From: Octopus vulgaris
Lineage: Eukaryota
Direction of reading: 5' to 3'
Assembly (NCBI GenBank): GCA_951406725.2
Contig: OX597814.1
Coordinates: 1,798,001-1,862,000, forward strand
DNA: 64,000 bases
Part shown: positions 24,233 to 37,370 of the stretch, one piece after another
Numbering within the stretch: the first letter of the stretch is position 1
Layout: each line of letters starts with the position of its first letter
The notes under the pieces: model-generated
What the model saw: the letters and a program-made list of their open reading frames with translations, nothing else
The model's database searches: none
Told to the model about the DNA's origin: nothing
Program-made: the position numbers and the translations under genes

Positions 24233-25481
24233 CGGGGTACGTAAGGTATTTGAGGACATATCATTTTGGGGTCATTGCTGCATTTTTTACTAAATCTGTA
24301 TAATCTTTGTTTCAGAAAATAATACTGGCAGAGCCTCGGCTTACTCAAGAAATGAAGAGGCATGCTTTTATTTTGGTTATAAAGGCTGAGCGTAGAGATT
24401 TAGAAATATCTCGAGTTTTAAAAGTTGCCAGATCTTTCGTCTACAAAGTTTATAAGGAACTTGAGACTGAATATGGAGACGTGTCACCAGTATCAAAGCA
24501 TAAAAAAACATTCTAAATGCTCTGAAATCATCAGAACACCTGAAATTATCCAACAAGTTCAACAGACCATTGTTTACAATCTCAGAAAGTCCATGAGTTC
24601 AGTTGCAAAAGATCTCCAGAAGGAACAGTCAGAAATGTTGTCCACGAAGTCATCAGATATAAGTCTTATATGATGAGGAAAGGTCAATCTATGTCAGAAA
24701 AAGCAAAAGAAAATCTCTACATCAGATATAAAAGATTCTTAAACAAACTGAAAAGTCCAGAAGAAGATTTGATTTGGTTTTTCTCAAACGAGAAACACTT
24801 CGACCAAGATCTTAAAAGTTAACAGAAGAAATGACGGATGGTTATGTGCAAACCCTTCTGAAGTTCCAAGTGTTATACATACAAAAAATCCTGAAACTGT
24901 CATGCAATGGAGAACAAGTGATGCCTCCTTACTTCTCTCCACAAGGCCTTAGAGTTAACTCTGCCACCTACATTGAGGTCCTGGAATCAATTGTTAAACC
25001 CTGGATAGACAGTGTATGCAATGGAAGGCCATATGTGTTTCAGTAAGACTCTGCACTATCACACATGGCTCCAATAACACAGGAATGGATGGCTGAAAAT
25101 GTTCATGGTCACATAACCCCTAACATTTGGCTCCCTAATACCCCAGATCTCGATCCATTGGACTATCACATGTGGGGCGTTTTTGAGAGAGAGTTCAATG
25201 AACACGCTCGTAGCACCAAAGATTCTTTGAAAGCTTCCATAGTCAGAGTAATGTCCAAAATGAACCAGGACCACTTGATTCAAGCATGTACATGATTTAG
25301 ATCTCGTATAGAAGCAGTTGTTGAAGCTGAAGGTGACTTTATTGAATAACATTCTAGAAAAGAAGGTTTATTTTTTATCCTCATAGCATTTCTTTTTATA
25401 AATAAAGTTATTATTTGTTATTATATATCTGTTTTTTTTTTTAATAAACATAAATCTGTTCTCAAATAGCTAAAGCACCCT

Positions 25482-25482
<1 letters not shown>
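24233..25482 (+). mobile_element. Tc1/mariner-superfamily DD37D (maT-type) transposon, decayed full-length copy
   Basis: TA-flanked imperfect TIRs (cggggtacgtaaggtatttgaggaca / tgttctcaaatagctaaagcaccctg); HTH N-terminus; FQ*DSA..WLPNTPDLDPLDY with 37 residues between the last two catalytic D; stops and frameshifts. Confidence 0.88.
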
Positions 25483-25554
<72 letters not shown>

Positions 25555-25742
25555 CACATATATATATATATGCTGGATATATATATATTATTTGTATTAT
25601 GTATGTCAAGTATATAAAATATACATATTGCCGAGTCCCACGGGCAATCTTCGAACGTTTTAAGTCCAAGAAGGTTTTAACCATTATTCACCGAGTCATT
25701 ACATATAGCTTTAATTACTTTGCATTTCATCATTAAAGATAT

Positions 25743-25865
<123 letters not shown>

Positions 25866-25951
25866 ACACACACTATATATAACAACAAAAATACGGATAG
25901 AGAAAATCCCATCTTTAATTGTAGAATTCACCATGCAAATATACGCGCGCG

Positions 25952-26059
<108 letters not shown>

Positions 26060-26371
26060 CACACAAACACACACACACACACACACACTCGAACGATTAG
26101 ATACTGGTAAGTTGCTGTCAATCTGTTCTGCTCAAATGTAGGGAGAGGTGTGAAGCTTTTTACAATCTCCCTGATTTGACACGTTGAGAACCGAGACAGT
26201 CAATGATTTGATTTTGCTAAAAGCTGATTGGTCTGTGTGTGTGAAAGAGTAACTAGTGTCAGTCTGAGTATGTTGGGGACTGGCAGGTATGAGTCTATGG
26301 ATGGCTGTCCAATCTGAGTATATTCAAAACTGACTTGAAGTATTTTGAGGGTCGTACACTCTGATAATATT

Positions 26372-26800
26372 CTTTTCTACTTTAGGCACAAGGCCCGAAA
26401 TTTTGGTGGAGGGAGACAGTCGATTAGATCGACGCCAGTACACAACTGGTACTTAATTCATCGACCCTAAAAGATGAAAGGCAAAGTCGACCTCGGTGGA
26501 GTTTGAACTCAGAACGTAAAGACAGACGAAGTACCGCTAAGCATTTCGCCCTGCGCGCTAACGTTTCTTATTTCTTTATTACCCACAAGGGGCTAAACAC
26601 AGAGGGGACAAACAAGGACAGACAAACGGATTAAGACGATTACATCGACCCCAGTGTGTAACTGGTACTTATTTAATCGAACCCGAAAGGGAGAAAGGCA
26701 AAGTGGACCTCGGCGGAATTTGAACTCAGAACGTAGCGGCAGACGAAACACCGCCAAGCATTTCGTCCGGCGTGCTAACGTTTCTACCAGCTCGCCGCCT
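26372..26800 (-). mobile_element. SINE-B dimer
   Basis: Two cores; second unit restarts at gaaacgttagc. Confidence 0.9.
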
Positions 26801-27896
26801 TACATTCTGATAATATTGGAGGTAGACTGATCGAAGCTAGACTTGCAAACCCTGCATGTATATCACTAATGTGACAGGACCCATTATAGATTCTTCATAT
26901 AGACATTTCGTTACACGAAGTTACTTGTGGTGTTTAACACCTTACGTAAAACCATTCACATTAGTTGATGTTGTTTTAACGATACGATGGTTCTTGAGGC
27001 AAAAATGTTGGACAGCAGAATAGAATTGTTTAACTGAAGATGTGGCTGTTAGACTAACAAACAGCATATCTTTGATAGAATCTTTCGTTACTCGGTGATC
27101 CCGTGGTTGTTTGTGCTGGAGATAATATTGGAAATGTTGTTATTGTTGATGGGCGCTAATGTTTTTATTATGATTATTGTCCATCTTAGGGATTATAAGA
27201 TATACTAATAGAAATTATTTAATCACGCTGATAGATGCAAAGATAGGAAATAACACAACAAGAACAAACAGGGCAGGTACCAGTCTGGTTGGTAATATGA
27301 TAGCTCTTGGTTAAACAGAACACAGTTCACCATTTTTCTTATATCAAGCAAAGAAACAAATGTTAAATGCAAAATACACAAGCATATACCCATATATATA
27401 TAACTTAGATAACTTAGATATGTTTCGACCAAAGATTGGTCCAGGCCATGTCTAACTTAATAGCACCATATATACACACACATATATATATACACATATG
27501 TATATCGTATGTATAAACATGAAATATTATTCCACCCATTGATTGCACATTCAGAATAACGTATAATTTTACTCTTAAAATAAACCCCCTGGTTTTGTAA
27601 TATAGTCTCTCGTTAGTTCTCTGCTTCTATATATATATTTTTTCACTAGTTTGCCTGTATTTTTTTCACTAGTTTTCCTATATTTTACAGTTGAAGGGTT
27701 TTACAAAACTTACAATCAGTAAGATCTAGGGGTGCGCCATAAACAAAGAGTTAAGGTTGTCGGTAGTGAAGAACGTAACACGGTTTCAAGTTTCGTAAAC
27801 CGAAATGGAATCGTCTTCTACTACGGTCAGTTCTATTGATAATGAACTCCCAACGGTGCTTCGACATCGTGTCTTTCTGAATTATAAAGTGGGTTC

Positions 27897-28058
27897 TTCC
27901 CAACCACATGGTTCTGGGTTCAGTCCCACTGCGTGGAACCTTAGGTAAGTGTCTTCAACTGCAGCCTAGGATCGACCAAAGCCTTGTAATTGGATCTGGT
28001 AGACGGAAACTGAAAGAAACCCGTTGTATATGTGCATGTATGTATCTATATGTGAATG

Positions 28059-28108
<50 letters not shown>

Positions 28109-28303
28109 TGTGTTCGTACCCCACTAACGCTTGACTGCCGATGTTAGTGAGTTTACATTTCTATAACTTAACGGTTCGGCAAATGAGACCGATAAAATAA
28201 ATACTAGGCTTTGAGAAAATTAGCACTGGAGTCGATTTATTCGACTGAAACTTCTTCAGTGGCGGTGCTGCAGTATGGCCGCAATCTAATGACTGAAGCA
28301 AGA
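27897..28303 (+). mobile_element. SINE-A
   Basis: Head, (TG)n, tail. Confidence 0.85.
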
Positions 28304-28479
28304 AAAGCTACAAGAAAACCAATTATCACCTGCCTTACTTCTGTAAACTGCATCGAAACGACAAAACCGGGTGCTTTCGCTTCTGCACCCCGTACTCACC
28401 CACAAGTACAACGAAGCGTTTTTGTTTTTCTCTTCTTTTTCTTTTATAACTCACTATTTTGAGCTAATAATCCGTTAGA

Positions 28480-28866
28480 CTCTAGGCACAAGGCCTGAAA
28501 TTTTGGGGTAGGAAATGAGTAAATTACATCGACCCCAGTGCGCAACTGGTACTTAATTTATCGACCCCGAAATGATGAAAGGCAAAGTCGACCTCGGCGG
28601 CATTTGAACTCAGAACGTGAAGACAGACGAAATACCTATTTCTTTACTGCCCTCAACGGGCTAAACACAGAGGAGGCAAACAAGGACAGACAGACGGATT
28701 GAGTCGATTGAATCGACCCCAGTGCGTAACTGCTCCTTAATTTATCGACCCCGAAAGGATGAACGGCAAAGTCGACCTCGGTGGAATTTGAACTCAGAAC
28801 GTAACGGCGGACGAAATACCGCCAAGCATTTCGCCCGGCGTGCTAACGATTCTGCCAGCCCACCAC
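28480..28866 (-). mobile_element. SINE-B dimer
   Basis: Two cores; second unit restarts at ggtatttcgtctg. Confidence 0.9.
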
Positions 28867-29131
28867 CATTTTGTTTTGAACTAATAATGATGCAAATCGT
28901 GTAAAATGAATTTAACACCGTTTTGAGTTTTAAGGTAAAGACTCCCTTCAGAGAACTCAACAACGCAGTAAGACCAGTGATACAATAAGATTTAATGTAG
29001 GATTAGAACATATAAAAGTTCAGACTGACGTCAAATGATCGTAGGGGAGGAGCGTTTTTACGTCCGTCGACACACATCATCAGTATGGACAACTAACAGT
29101 CGCCGAAAGATGGTTGTTTTTGCATATAAAA

Positions 29132-29533
29132 CTAGCAGTATCGCCCGGCGTTGCTCGGGTTTGTAAGGGAAATAACTATATAAGCATTTTTAGAGAGTTA
29201 TAGCCAAAAAATAGCAAAAAAATGCATTAAAAATGGAAAAAAAATGATGGTAAATTTTTTAAAAATCGTTGACTCATCGTAGACATTTTTAGAGAGTTAC
29301 TTCCCTTATATAATAGCGAAAAAAATGCATTAAAATGGAAAAAAATGATGGTAATTTATTTTTAAAAATCGTAGACTCATCGTAGACGCGCGCTAATACC
29401 CAGAAGGGCTCGATATGAATCACGACTATAAGATACCCGGTTTTGGTTAAACTGCACCGCAAAATGTGGGAGTAGTTAGGAATCTAAATCGTAGGAGACA
29501 GCCAGCACACAACCTCTCTTTTATGTATAAAGA
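29132..29533 (-). mobile_element. Non-autonomous Helitron
   Basis: Minus strand A|TCTTTATA...cccgagcaacgccggg hairpin-cgatactg-CTAG|T: TC/CTAG ends, subterminal hairpin, A/T insertion, internal ~110-bp duplication. Confidence 0.85.
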
Positions 29534-29639
29534 TTAGTATATAGTACATTTGCTGATGTGCGCAAAGTTTCGTTAAGATGGAATTAACTAGAGGCGAACG
29601 AATACACACACATACATTCACACGCATACACAAGAATGG

Positions 29640-30320
29640 AAGCTTTACTCCCAGGAGAGACGGTGAGAAAGGTATGCAGTTATATACATACGGAAGATTC
29701 TGGAAGGTCTAGCGCCCAACTTTTGAATTAAAAGATATACCAACTACCGAACTGGACCGCACTGCATAATATCAAAGATACCGTCTTCTTCAGTATTGCA
29801 ACGACTTGGGTTTCAAGGAACCGCAACGGATTAAGCCGATTATATCGACCCCAGTGCGTAACTGGTACTTAATTTATCGACCCCGAAAGAATGAAAGGCA
29901 AAGTCGACCTCGGCGGAATTTGAACTCAGAATGTAACAGCAGACAAAATACGGCTACACATTTCGCCCGGCGTGCTAACGTTTCTGCCAGCTTGCCGCCT
30001 AAATAATACCAAAGATAACGTCTTCTTCAGTATTGCAACGGCTTGGGTTTCAAGGAACCACAACGGGTTAACATCCCGTCAAGGGACCTAAGATATCTGC
30101 AAAGTGTTGATGTAGAAACGTTCAAAAAGTGCCTGAATATATTTCTAACTGAAATCCAAGATGAGCCCATATCACGGCAGGGTGGGGGGGGGACAAGGAA
30201 GAGCAGTTTCGTCCAACTCGGTTCTCCACCAAAAACAGTACCGAAAGGAGACCCCCAAACACTGAAAGGTGGTGCTCCAGCATGGCTCCAACCTCTGGCT
30301 GAAACCAGTAATAGAATAAA
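29640..30320 (+). mobile_element. CR1-group LINE 3' end, interrupted by SINE-B
   Basis: LYSQERR*ERYAVIYIRKILEGLAPN..LGFKEPQ..VETFKKCLNIFLTEIQDEP, typical post-RT CR1-group C-terminus; tail ggtggtgctccagcatggc..ctgaaaccagtaatagaataaaa. Confidence 0.8.
29830..30000 (-). mobile_element. SINE-B head plus core (no tail)
   Basis: Flanked by a ~62-bp direct duplication of the host LINE. Confidence 0.88.
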
Positions 30321-30354
30321 ACAAGAATATGTATATAGGGCAAAGGGTAAATTC

Positions 30355-30562
30355 TTCACCTTTGATCATGTACGACCATGGGATTGCACCTAGAAAGTTC
30401 CCCTCCAAGATACAAGTCCGGGCAAAGTTGTTTACAGAAGACCAGCCACCCATGCACACCAGCCTCTCCACTTCGTGCCAAAGTCAAAGGGGCCGATACA
30501 GTTTGGCACCAGTGACGTCGCAAATCATTTCTACAGCTGAGTGGACTGGGGCAACGAGAAAT
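30355..30562 (-). mobile_element. SINE-D 3' part
   Basis: Homologous to 11152-11380. Confidence 0.8.
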
Positions 30563-31000
30563 AATGTTGCTGTCAAAACAAGTTACAATGCCATCTGCAA
30601 AAGAAGACTGTCCTGAAATAAACTTAGAAAATCCTGTTACGGAATACATTCACAAACACCAACTGAAGGAATACTGGTGGAATATTCCCATCAAACATCC
30701 TGTCAAATGTAAACGTGACAGGCCGGACATTGTAGTTTGGGATAGAGGGGCAAAGGTATGTACCATCATAGAGGTCAGTTGCCCTGAAAAATAAAGAAAA
30801 AGAGGATATCTATGGACAACTGCTTCGAAACGTCCAGTTTCTATATCCAGACAATGAATTCATATTCATACCAATAATAATTGGAGCACTAGGTTTTGTT
30901 TGTAAATACTTAAAGGAGAATCTGGATAAACTGGGATTGTCAGAAAGAGAAATCGACTGGCTAATTCGTGTGAGCGGAACAGTAAAAGACTTACTTTTCT
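30555..31000 (+). mobile_element. RLE non-LTR retrotransposon fragment (divergent lineage)
   Basis: EYWWNIPI..DRPDIVVWD..IIEVSCP..KEDIYGQL..IPIIIGALG. Confidence 0.82.
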
Positions 31001-31224
31001 CAAGTTCCAAATGTGAATTTGTCTGTGTTAACTACATTCCAAAGATGGAGCCCTGTATATTTGTTGGAAACCAGTTCCCGCCTCAGTGGAAGATTTATAA
31101 TAATTAAAAAAAAATAGAAGAGATATACATACATACATAGAAATAAAAATACCCTTTTACTGATGAAATTCCAATGAAGAGGCCTTGGATCTACATACAT
31201 ATATACATACATACATATACATAA

Positions 31225-31294
<70 letters not shown>

Positions 31295-31728
31295 ACATAC
31301 ACGTATATATATTTACATATAGGCATACAGATATATACACATATACATATATACTTACAGATACACACACACACACATACATATATATATATCCACATAT
31401 TTATATATACATGTACGTATCTATCAATATATCTATCTATATCGTAAATTATATATAGAGAGATAGATAGATATGCACAAACACATACACACGCAGACAC
31501 TCATACAGTATGTATAATATGCATACATATACATGCATACATGTATGTGTATTTATAGATAGGGGGTGAATCTGTTTAAGAAGTCCTTAGGATGCATAAT
31601 TTGACATAACATGTATGAATGAGACCTGGTTTTAAATCTTACCATCGGCGTTATTGATCGGCCATCGTTTTAAAAATCTAACGTGATATAAAACTATCTC
31701 CACAGAAAGAACTGAGGTAACGCTCTTC

Positions 31729-32473
<745 letters not shown>

Positions 32474-32929
32474 GATGAAAATAATTAGTTTTTTTTCTTT
32501 TTTTTTCTTTTTCCTCGTTGGAAGGTTTCTATTACAGGAGCCGAAGAGAATATGATGTCAGCTGGAGATAAATGTAAAATGGAGTCTGTGCGATTGTTAT
32601 CTGAGATATATTCAAGGGAAGATGGTCGTTAACAATGACCTGGATAGCAGTGAGCCAGGCAAATGGCTTTTAATCACTTGCTTCTATTATTGTGTAGTTC
32701 CAGGTTAGCCTTCATCCAGCAGACAAATGATCAAAGCCATTCCAGCTCTGGCTATTCCGCTCTCTTTTCTGTTTTTTTTATTTATTTCTTGGTGTCATTG
32801 TATTTTTTTAGCGTTACATTGCGCAACGTGTCCCTCCATTTATTCAAGTCAGTAGGGATGGCAAGAGGAAGACTTGTTCTGCTATTATTAGAAGGTCGAG
32901 AACCAGGTAGTAACAACTTCCGTGTCTTC

Positions 32930-33360
32930 AAGAATTTGTTTTCTTTCCTGGCGTTCGAATCCTTCGGATCTCTGAGGAATGATATTCCAGCCGCGACAAT
33001 CCTGCCTTGTTGTTTAACCCAAGGCCAGCTTTGATCCACGTCTATGACACTAGACGCTCTAGCCATGACCAATGTGTCTTGTTTAACACTAACTCAATTT
33101 ACATCCAAGAGATTTACGAGACACGCAAGCCGTGACCATCCTGTTGACATGTTTAACGTTAGGTTAACCTTGATACAGAAGGTCTATGATGTTAGACAAT
33201 CCAGCAATGACGATCCCGTATTGTTTAACCCCACCTCAGCCTTCATCCAGGAGTTCGAAGACAACCCGGTTGTGTCTTTCCTATTTTATTGTGTAGCCTT
33301 ATTTTAACTTTGATCTAGTAGACCTATGGTCAAAGACAATCCAGTGGTGACCATCCCGTC
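32930..33360 (-). repeat. Degenerate tandem array of ~70-bp retroposon-tail units
   Basis: tgtttaac at 33011, 33080, 33150, 33222 and tgtgtagc at 33290; each unit ends in a ccagc.gtgaccatcc-like motif. Confidence 0.7.
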
Positions 33361-33436
33361 CACATTCTTCAGACATTATATATATATCCGACTGCATTAT
33401 GCAATATCTTCTTCCAGTTTTTAAGACAACAGTGTA

Positions 33437-33991
33437 TGAAGGTGAGTCAAAAAGTAATGCCATTTTGTTTAGGACAGGTATAATTACCAACACAGGACCA
33501 TAATTACCAACACAGGACCAAAATGAAACTGGCCCTCTGTGGATCACATCCCTACTTCTCAACATAGTCACCGTTTCTCTCAATAGCAATGTTCCACCTT
33601 CAAATGAAAGCATGTATCCCAGCCCGGTAAAATTCTGTTGACTGTTCTTTGAGCCACTTCTTCACTACAGTTTTCGCTTCCTCGTCACTGGACTATCATC
33701 TCTTCGGCCCCATGAAAGAGGGTTTGAGAGGCAAACATTATTCCAGTGACGAGGAAGTGAAAACTGTAGTGAAGAAGTGGCTCAAAGAACAGTCAACAGA
33801 ATTTTACGGGGCAGGGATACATGCTCCCATTCAAAGGTGAAACATTGCTATTGAGAGAAACGGTGACTATTTTGAGAAATAGGGATGTGATCCACAGAGG
33901 ACCAGCTTCATTTTGATGTATGATACATGTTTCTGTGTTAGTAATTATACCCGTCCTAAACAAAATGGCATTACTTTTTGACTTACCCTCG
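33437..33991. mobile_element. mariner-derived palindromic MITE
   Basis: TA-flanked; ~250-bp inverted arms and ~50-bp spacer; encodes mariner C-terminus DYHLFGPMKEGLRGKHYSSDEEVK. Confidence 0.92.
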
Positions 33992-34171
33992 TATGATTTG
34001 AAGTAGATTTGACTGATATATCTAGCCTGTTGGATGACCACGTATAAGACTGTCACCTGAAAAATCTGGATAAAAATAGTTATGATGTGACTATTGTGCT
34101 AGACGTTGGTGTAGTAGTTATTCTTGTAGTAGTCATATTCGAATTAGTGTTGTTGTTGTTGTTGTTATGTA

Positions 34172-34488
34172 GGGACGTGGCTTAGTGGGTAGGGTTTTCT
34201 GTAAACGATCGCATGGGATTGAGTTCGAGACACGGCGGCGCGTTTTGGCCTTGGGCGATACATTTTCTTTCATGTTTCTTCAGTCCACTCAAAATTGGCA
34301 AAAATGAGTTGTAACTGTAATTTAAAGGGCCAGCCATGTCACATTCCGTGTCACACAGAATCTCCCTGAGAACCACATTAAGGGTATGTGTGTCTGAAGA
34401 GTGCTCAACAACTTGTCCGTTAATTTCCCGAGCAGGCTGCTCCGTTGATCGGATCAACTGGAATACTCGTCGTCGTAAACGACGGAGG
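34172..34488 (+). mobile_element. SINE family C (tRNA head plus CORE-like domain)
   Basis: tggcttagtgg A-box, gagttcgaga B-box; homologous to 39318 and 57437 copies. Confidence 0.85.
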
Positions 34489-34594
34489 ACCAGTGTTGTA
34501 GTTTTTGTCAAACATCATACTACCACCACAACAGTTCCTGATTTAGATCCATGGTCACAAAATTTTCCGGAGAGGGTTTAGCCGATGCCATTAG

Positions 34595-34734
34595 GGTCCA
34601 GTGCTCGACTGGTTCTGTATTCGATTGACCCGGCAGGAGGCGAAGTCGACCAAGGCGAGATGTGAACTCATAACGGAGAAAGTCCGAAGAAATACGGCAA
34701 ACCATTTTCTCCGACGCTCTAACGATTCTGCCGA
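34595..34734 (-). mobile_element. SINE-B, degenerate
   Basis: Head and core remnants. Confidence 0.65.
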
Positions 34735-34735
34735 C

Positions 34736-34784
<49 letters not shown>

Positions 34785-34847
34785 CGCTGCTGCTACTACT
34801 GCTGCTGTTACTACTACTACTACCGCTGCTGCTACTACTGCTGCTGT

Positions 34848-34889
<42 letters not shown>

Positions 34890-34913
34890 CGCTGCTGCTA
34901 CTAATGCTGCTGT

Positions 34914-34950
<37 letters not shown>

Positions 34951-34988
34951 GCTGCTACTACTACTACTACTATTCCTACTACTGCTAT

Positions 34989-35020
<32 letters not shown>

Positions 35021-35304
35021 TCCAACGGCAATAGATAAATCCAGGAAATTCCTTTCGTTCGCCAAATATCATGTAACGTTTCTAAAATTCTATCTTCAAC
35101 GTTTCAATTAGACGTGCGTAAGACATATGTGTAAGTATGGCGCCTCTCCATAACCACGCCCACCACCAGCAATACCATACCCAGCATAAAAGGAGTTGTA
35201 AAACAAAAACGATGACAACGGTGTGGCAGCGGTGATTAAGGGGCTTTCAACAAAGCCCACGGATATATAACTGAATTAAAGATAAGTGAAAAGTTAAGTT
35301 ATAG

Positions 35305-35372
35305 CTGTCAACTGGGACTGAACTCGGTCCTGGAGACGTGAAGTGGCGCCTTACCAACTGAGCTATGTTGAC
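35305..35372 (-). pseudogene. Solo tRNA-like sequence
   Basis: tgtcaac/gttgaca acceptor-like stem, TAGCTCAGTTGG A-box, GTTCAGTCC B-box; no valid anticodon arm. Confidence 0.55.
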
Positions 35373-35640
35373 ATGTCTTGATAAAGATCCGATAAATATA
35401 TCTTGAATATTTCCTCTCGTGATATCTGCCGGAATATTCTGGAGGGGTGGGTGATTATGAGAAGGGGTGGGTGATTATGAGAAGGGGTGGTATTTTGTTT
35501 ATCTATCTATTTTTTTGGTGGGGGTGGGGGGTAGGTTTCGTGGTATTCCTTCTGATATTTTTAAAGTATTCAACAACAACCATAACAATAACAACAACAA
35601 CAGCAATTACAATAACGATATCAATAACAACGATAACAAT

Positions 35641-35855
35641 CCCTTCTACTTACGGGCACAAGGCCTGAAATTTGGTGGAGGGGGATAGTCAATTACATCA
35701 ATCCCCAGTACTCGACTGGTACTTAATTTATCGACCCCGAAAGGATAAAAGGCAAAGTTGATCTCGGTGGAATTTGAACTCAGAACATAACGGCAGACGA
35801 AACACGGCTACGCATTTCGTTGGGCGTGCTAACGTTTCTGCCACCTCGCCGCCTT
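35641..35855 (-). mobile_element. SINE-B monomer
   Basis: Complete head-core-tail. Confidence 0.9.
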
Positions 35856-35894
35856 AACAACAACAACAACAACAGCCTCAACAACAATAATAAT

Positions 35895-36439
35895 AAATGC
35901 CCTGATGCAGTACCAGGCAGTGGCTCTCATGGCTTCTGATCATAACCGACTGGAAGTGTTATCATGTACATTGTTTTGTCTTGGTATAAAAGATGGGCTA
36001 CAGCAAATATTCTGCTCAATACCACAGATTTGACCTTAACCAGTTGAGCATGTCCCTTAGTGGCTGACGATATGTGCATCTCTGATCACGAGCAGAAGTA
36101 GTGGGGGAGCATCATAGCCATGTGTTGATAGGGATTCTTATAGGTTTGGACAATTCACCTCTGGAAACATGGGTGTTTCATTCAACATACCCTAAATAAT
36201 CCTTATTCAGGGACCTTTTGAAGGGGATGGGCTACTCAACCTGAAGAATATTCTAACTGGGCCCCACCTGCAAGGTCATGTGCTGTTTATCTTGATATGA
36301 GATCACCATGTCGCACACATATGGTTGTGATGCATGTGCCTGGTGTACCCTTATTAGACAAGTAGTCATGATGGGTATATTGGGCTTCGTATATTTGTAC
36401 CCCAGTGTCACTTTGATGGCATGAACTGCTCTCTCACTC
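35895..36439 (+). mobile_element. Element E, longest copy, flanked by (AAT)n on both sides
   Basis: aataataat-aaatgccctgatgcag...ctctctcactc-(aat)n; no recognisable ORF or tRNA head. Confidence 0.88.
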
Positions 36440-36533
<94 letters not shown>

Positions 36534-36642
36534 ATAATAATAATAATAATAATAAAAACAACAACAGTAGCAGTAACAACACTAACAACGACCTCAATAG
36601 CTGTAGCGGCAATAATAGCTACAATGAGACGCTACATTATTG

Positions 36643-37007
36643 GCCCTCCGTCGGTGACTACGAGGAGTGTCCCAGCAGATCTGATCAACGAAACAGCCTG
36701 CTCATGGAGCTAACATACATGTGGCTGAGCTCTTTTAACAGACATGCGCAGCGTTAATGTAGTCTCTGAGGGAGATTCCGAGTGATGCGGATTGTAACAA
36801 AGCTGGCCCTTTCAGTTACGAATACTCTCTCTTTTACTTGTTTCAGTCATTTGACTGCGGCCATGCTGGAGCACCGCCTTTAGTCGAGCAAATCAACCCC
36901 GAGACTTATTCTATCGGTCTCTTTTTGCCGAACCGCTAAGTGACGGGATCTAAACACACCAGCATCGGTTGTCAAGCAATGCTAGGAGGACAAACACAGA
37001 CACACAA

Positions 37008-37091
<84 letters not shown>

Positions 37092-37370
37092 ACATATATA
37101 CGACAGGCTTCTTTCAGTTTCCGTCTACCAAATCCACTCACAAGGCATTGGTCAGCCCGGGGCCATAGCAGAAGACACTTGCCCAAGATGCCACGCAGTG
37201 GGACTGAACCCGGAACCATGTGGCTGGTTAGCAAGCTACTTACCACACAGCCACTCCTGCGCCTGAGTACAACTCAGTTTTTGGCAGCTGAATGAACTGG
37301 GGCAGCCGGAAATCGAACTCACTGTCTTACGATCGATCATGATCCGAATGTCCCTAACCACTAAGCGACA
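36643..37370 (-). mobile_element. Degenerate SINE-C interrupted by a young SINE-A (36826-37264)
   Basis: C tail 36643-36822 and C head 37265-37370 flank a complete A copy. Confidence 0.8.

Noticed and set aside
26100-27200. Possible Penelope C-terminal/GIY-YIG remnant on the minus strand
   Set aside because: Only one weak motif (NISNIISS); insufficient without a search.
33011-33360. CRISPR-like repeat-spacer appearance
   Set aside because: Anchor is only 8 bp, spacers are homologous to each other, eukaryotic context, no cas genes.
35305-35372. Functional tRNA gene
   Set aside because: No anticodon stem-loop can be formed.
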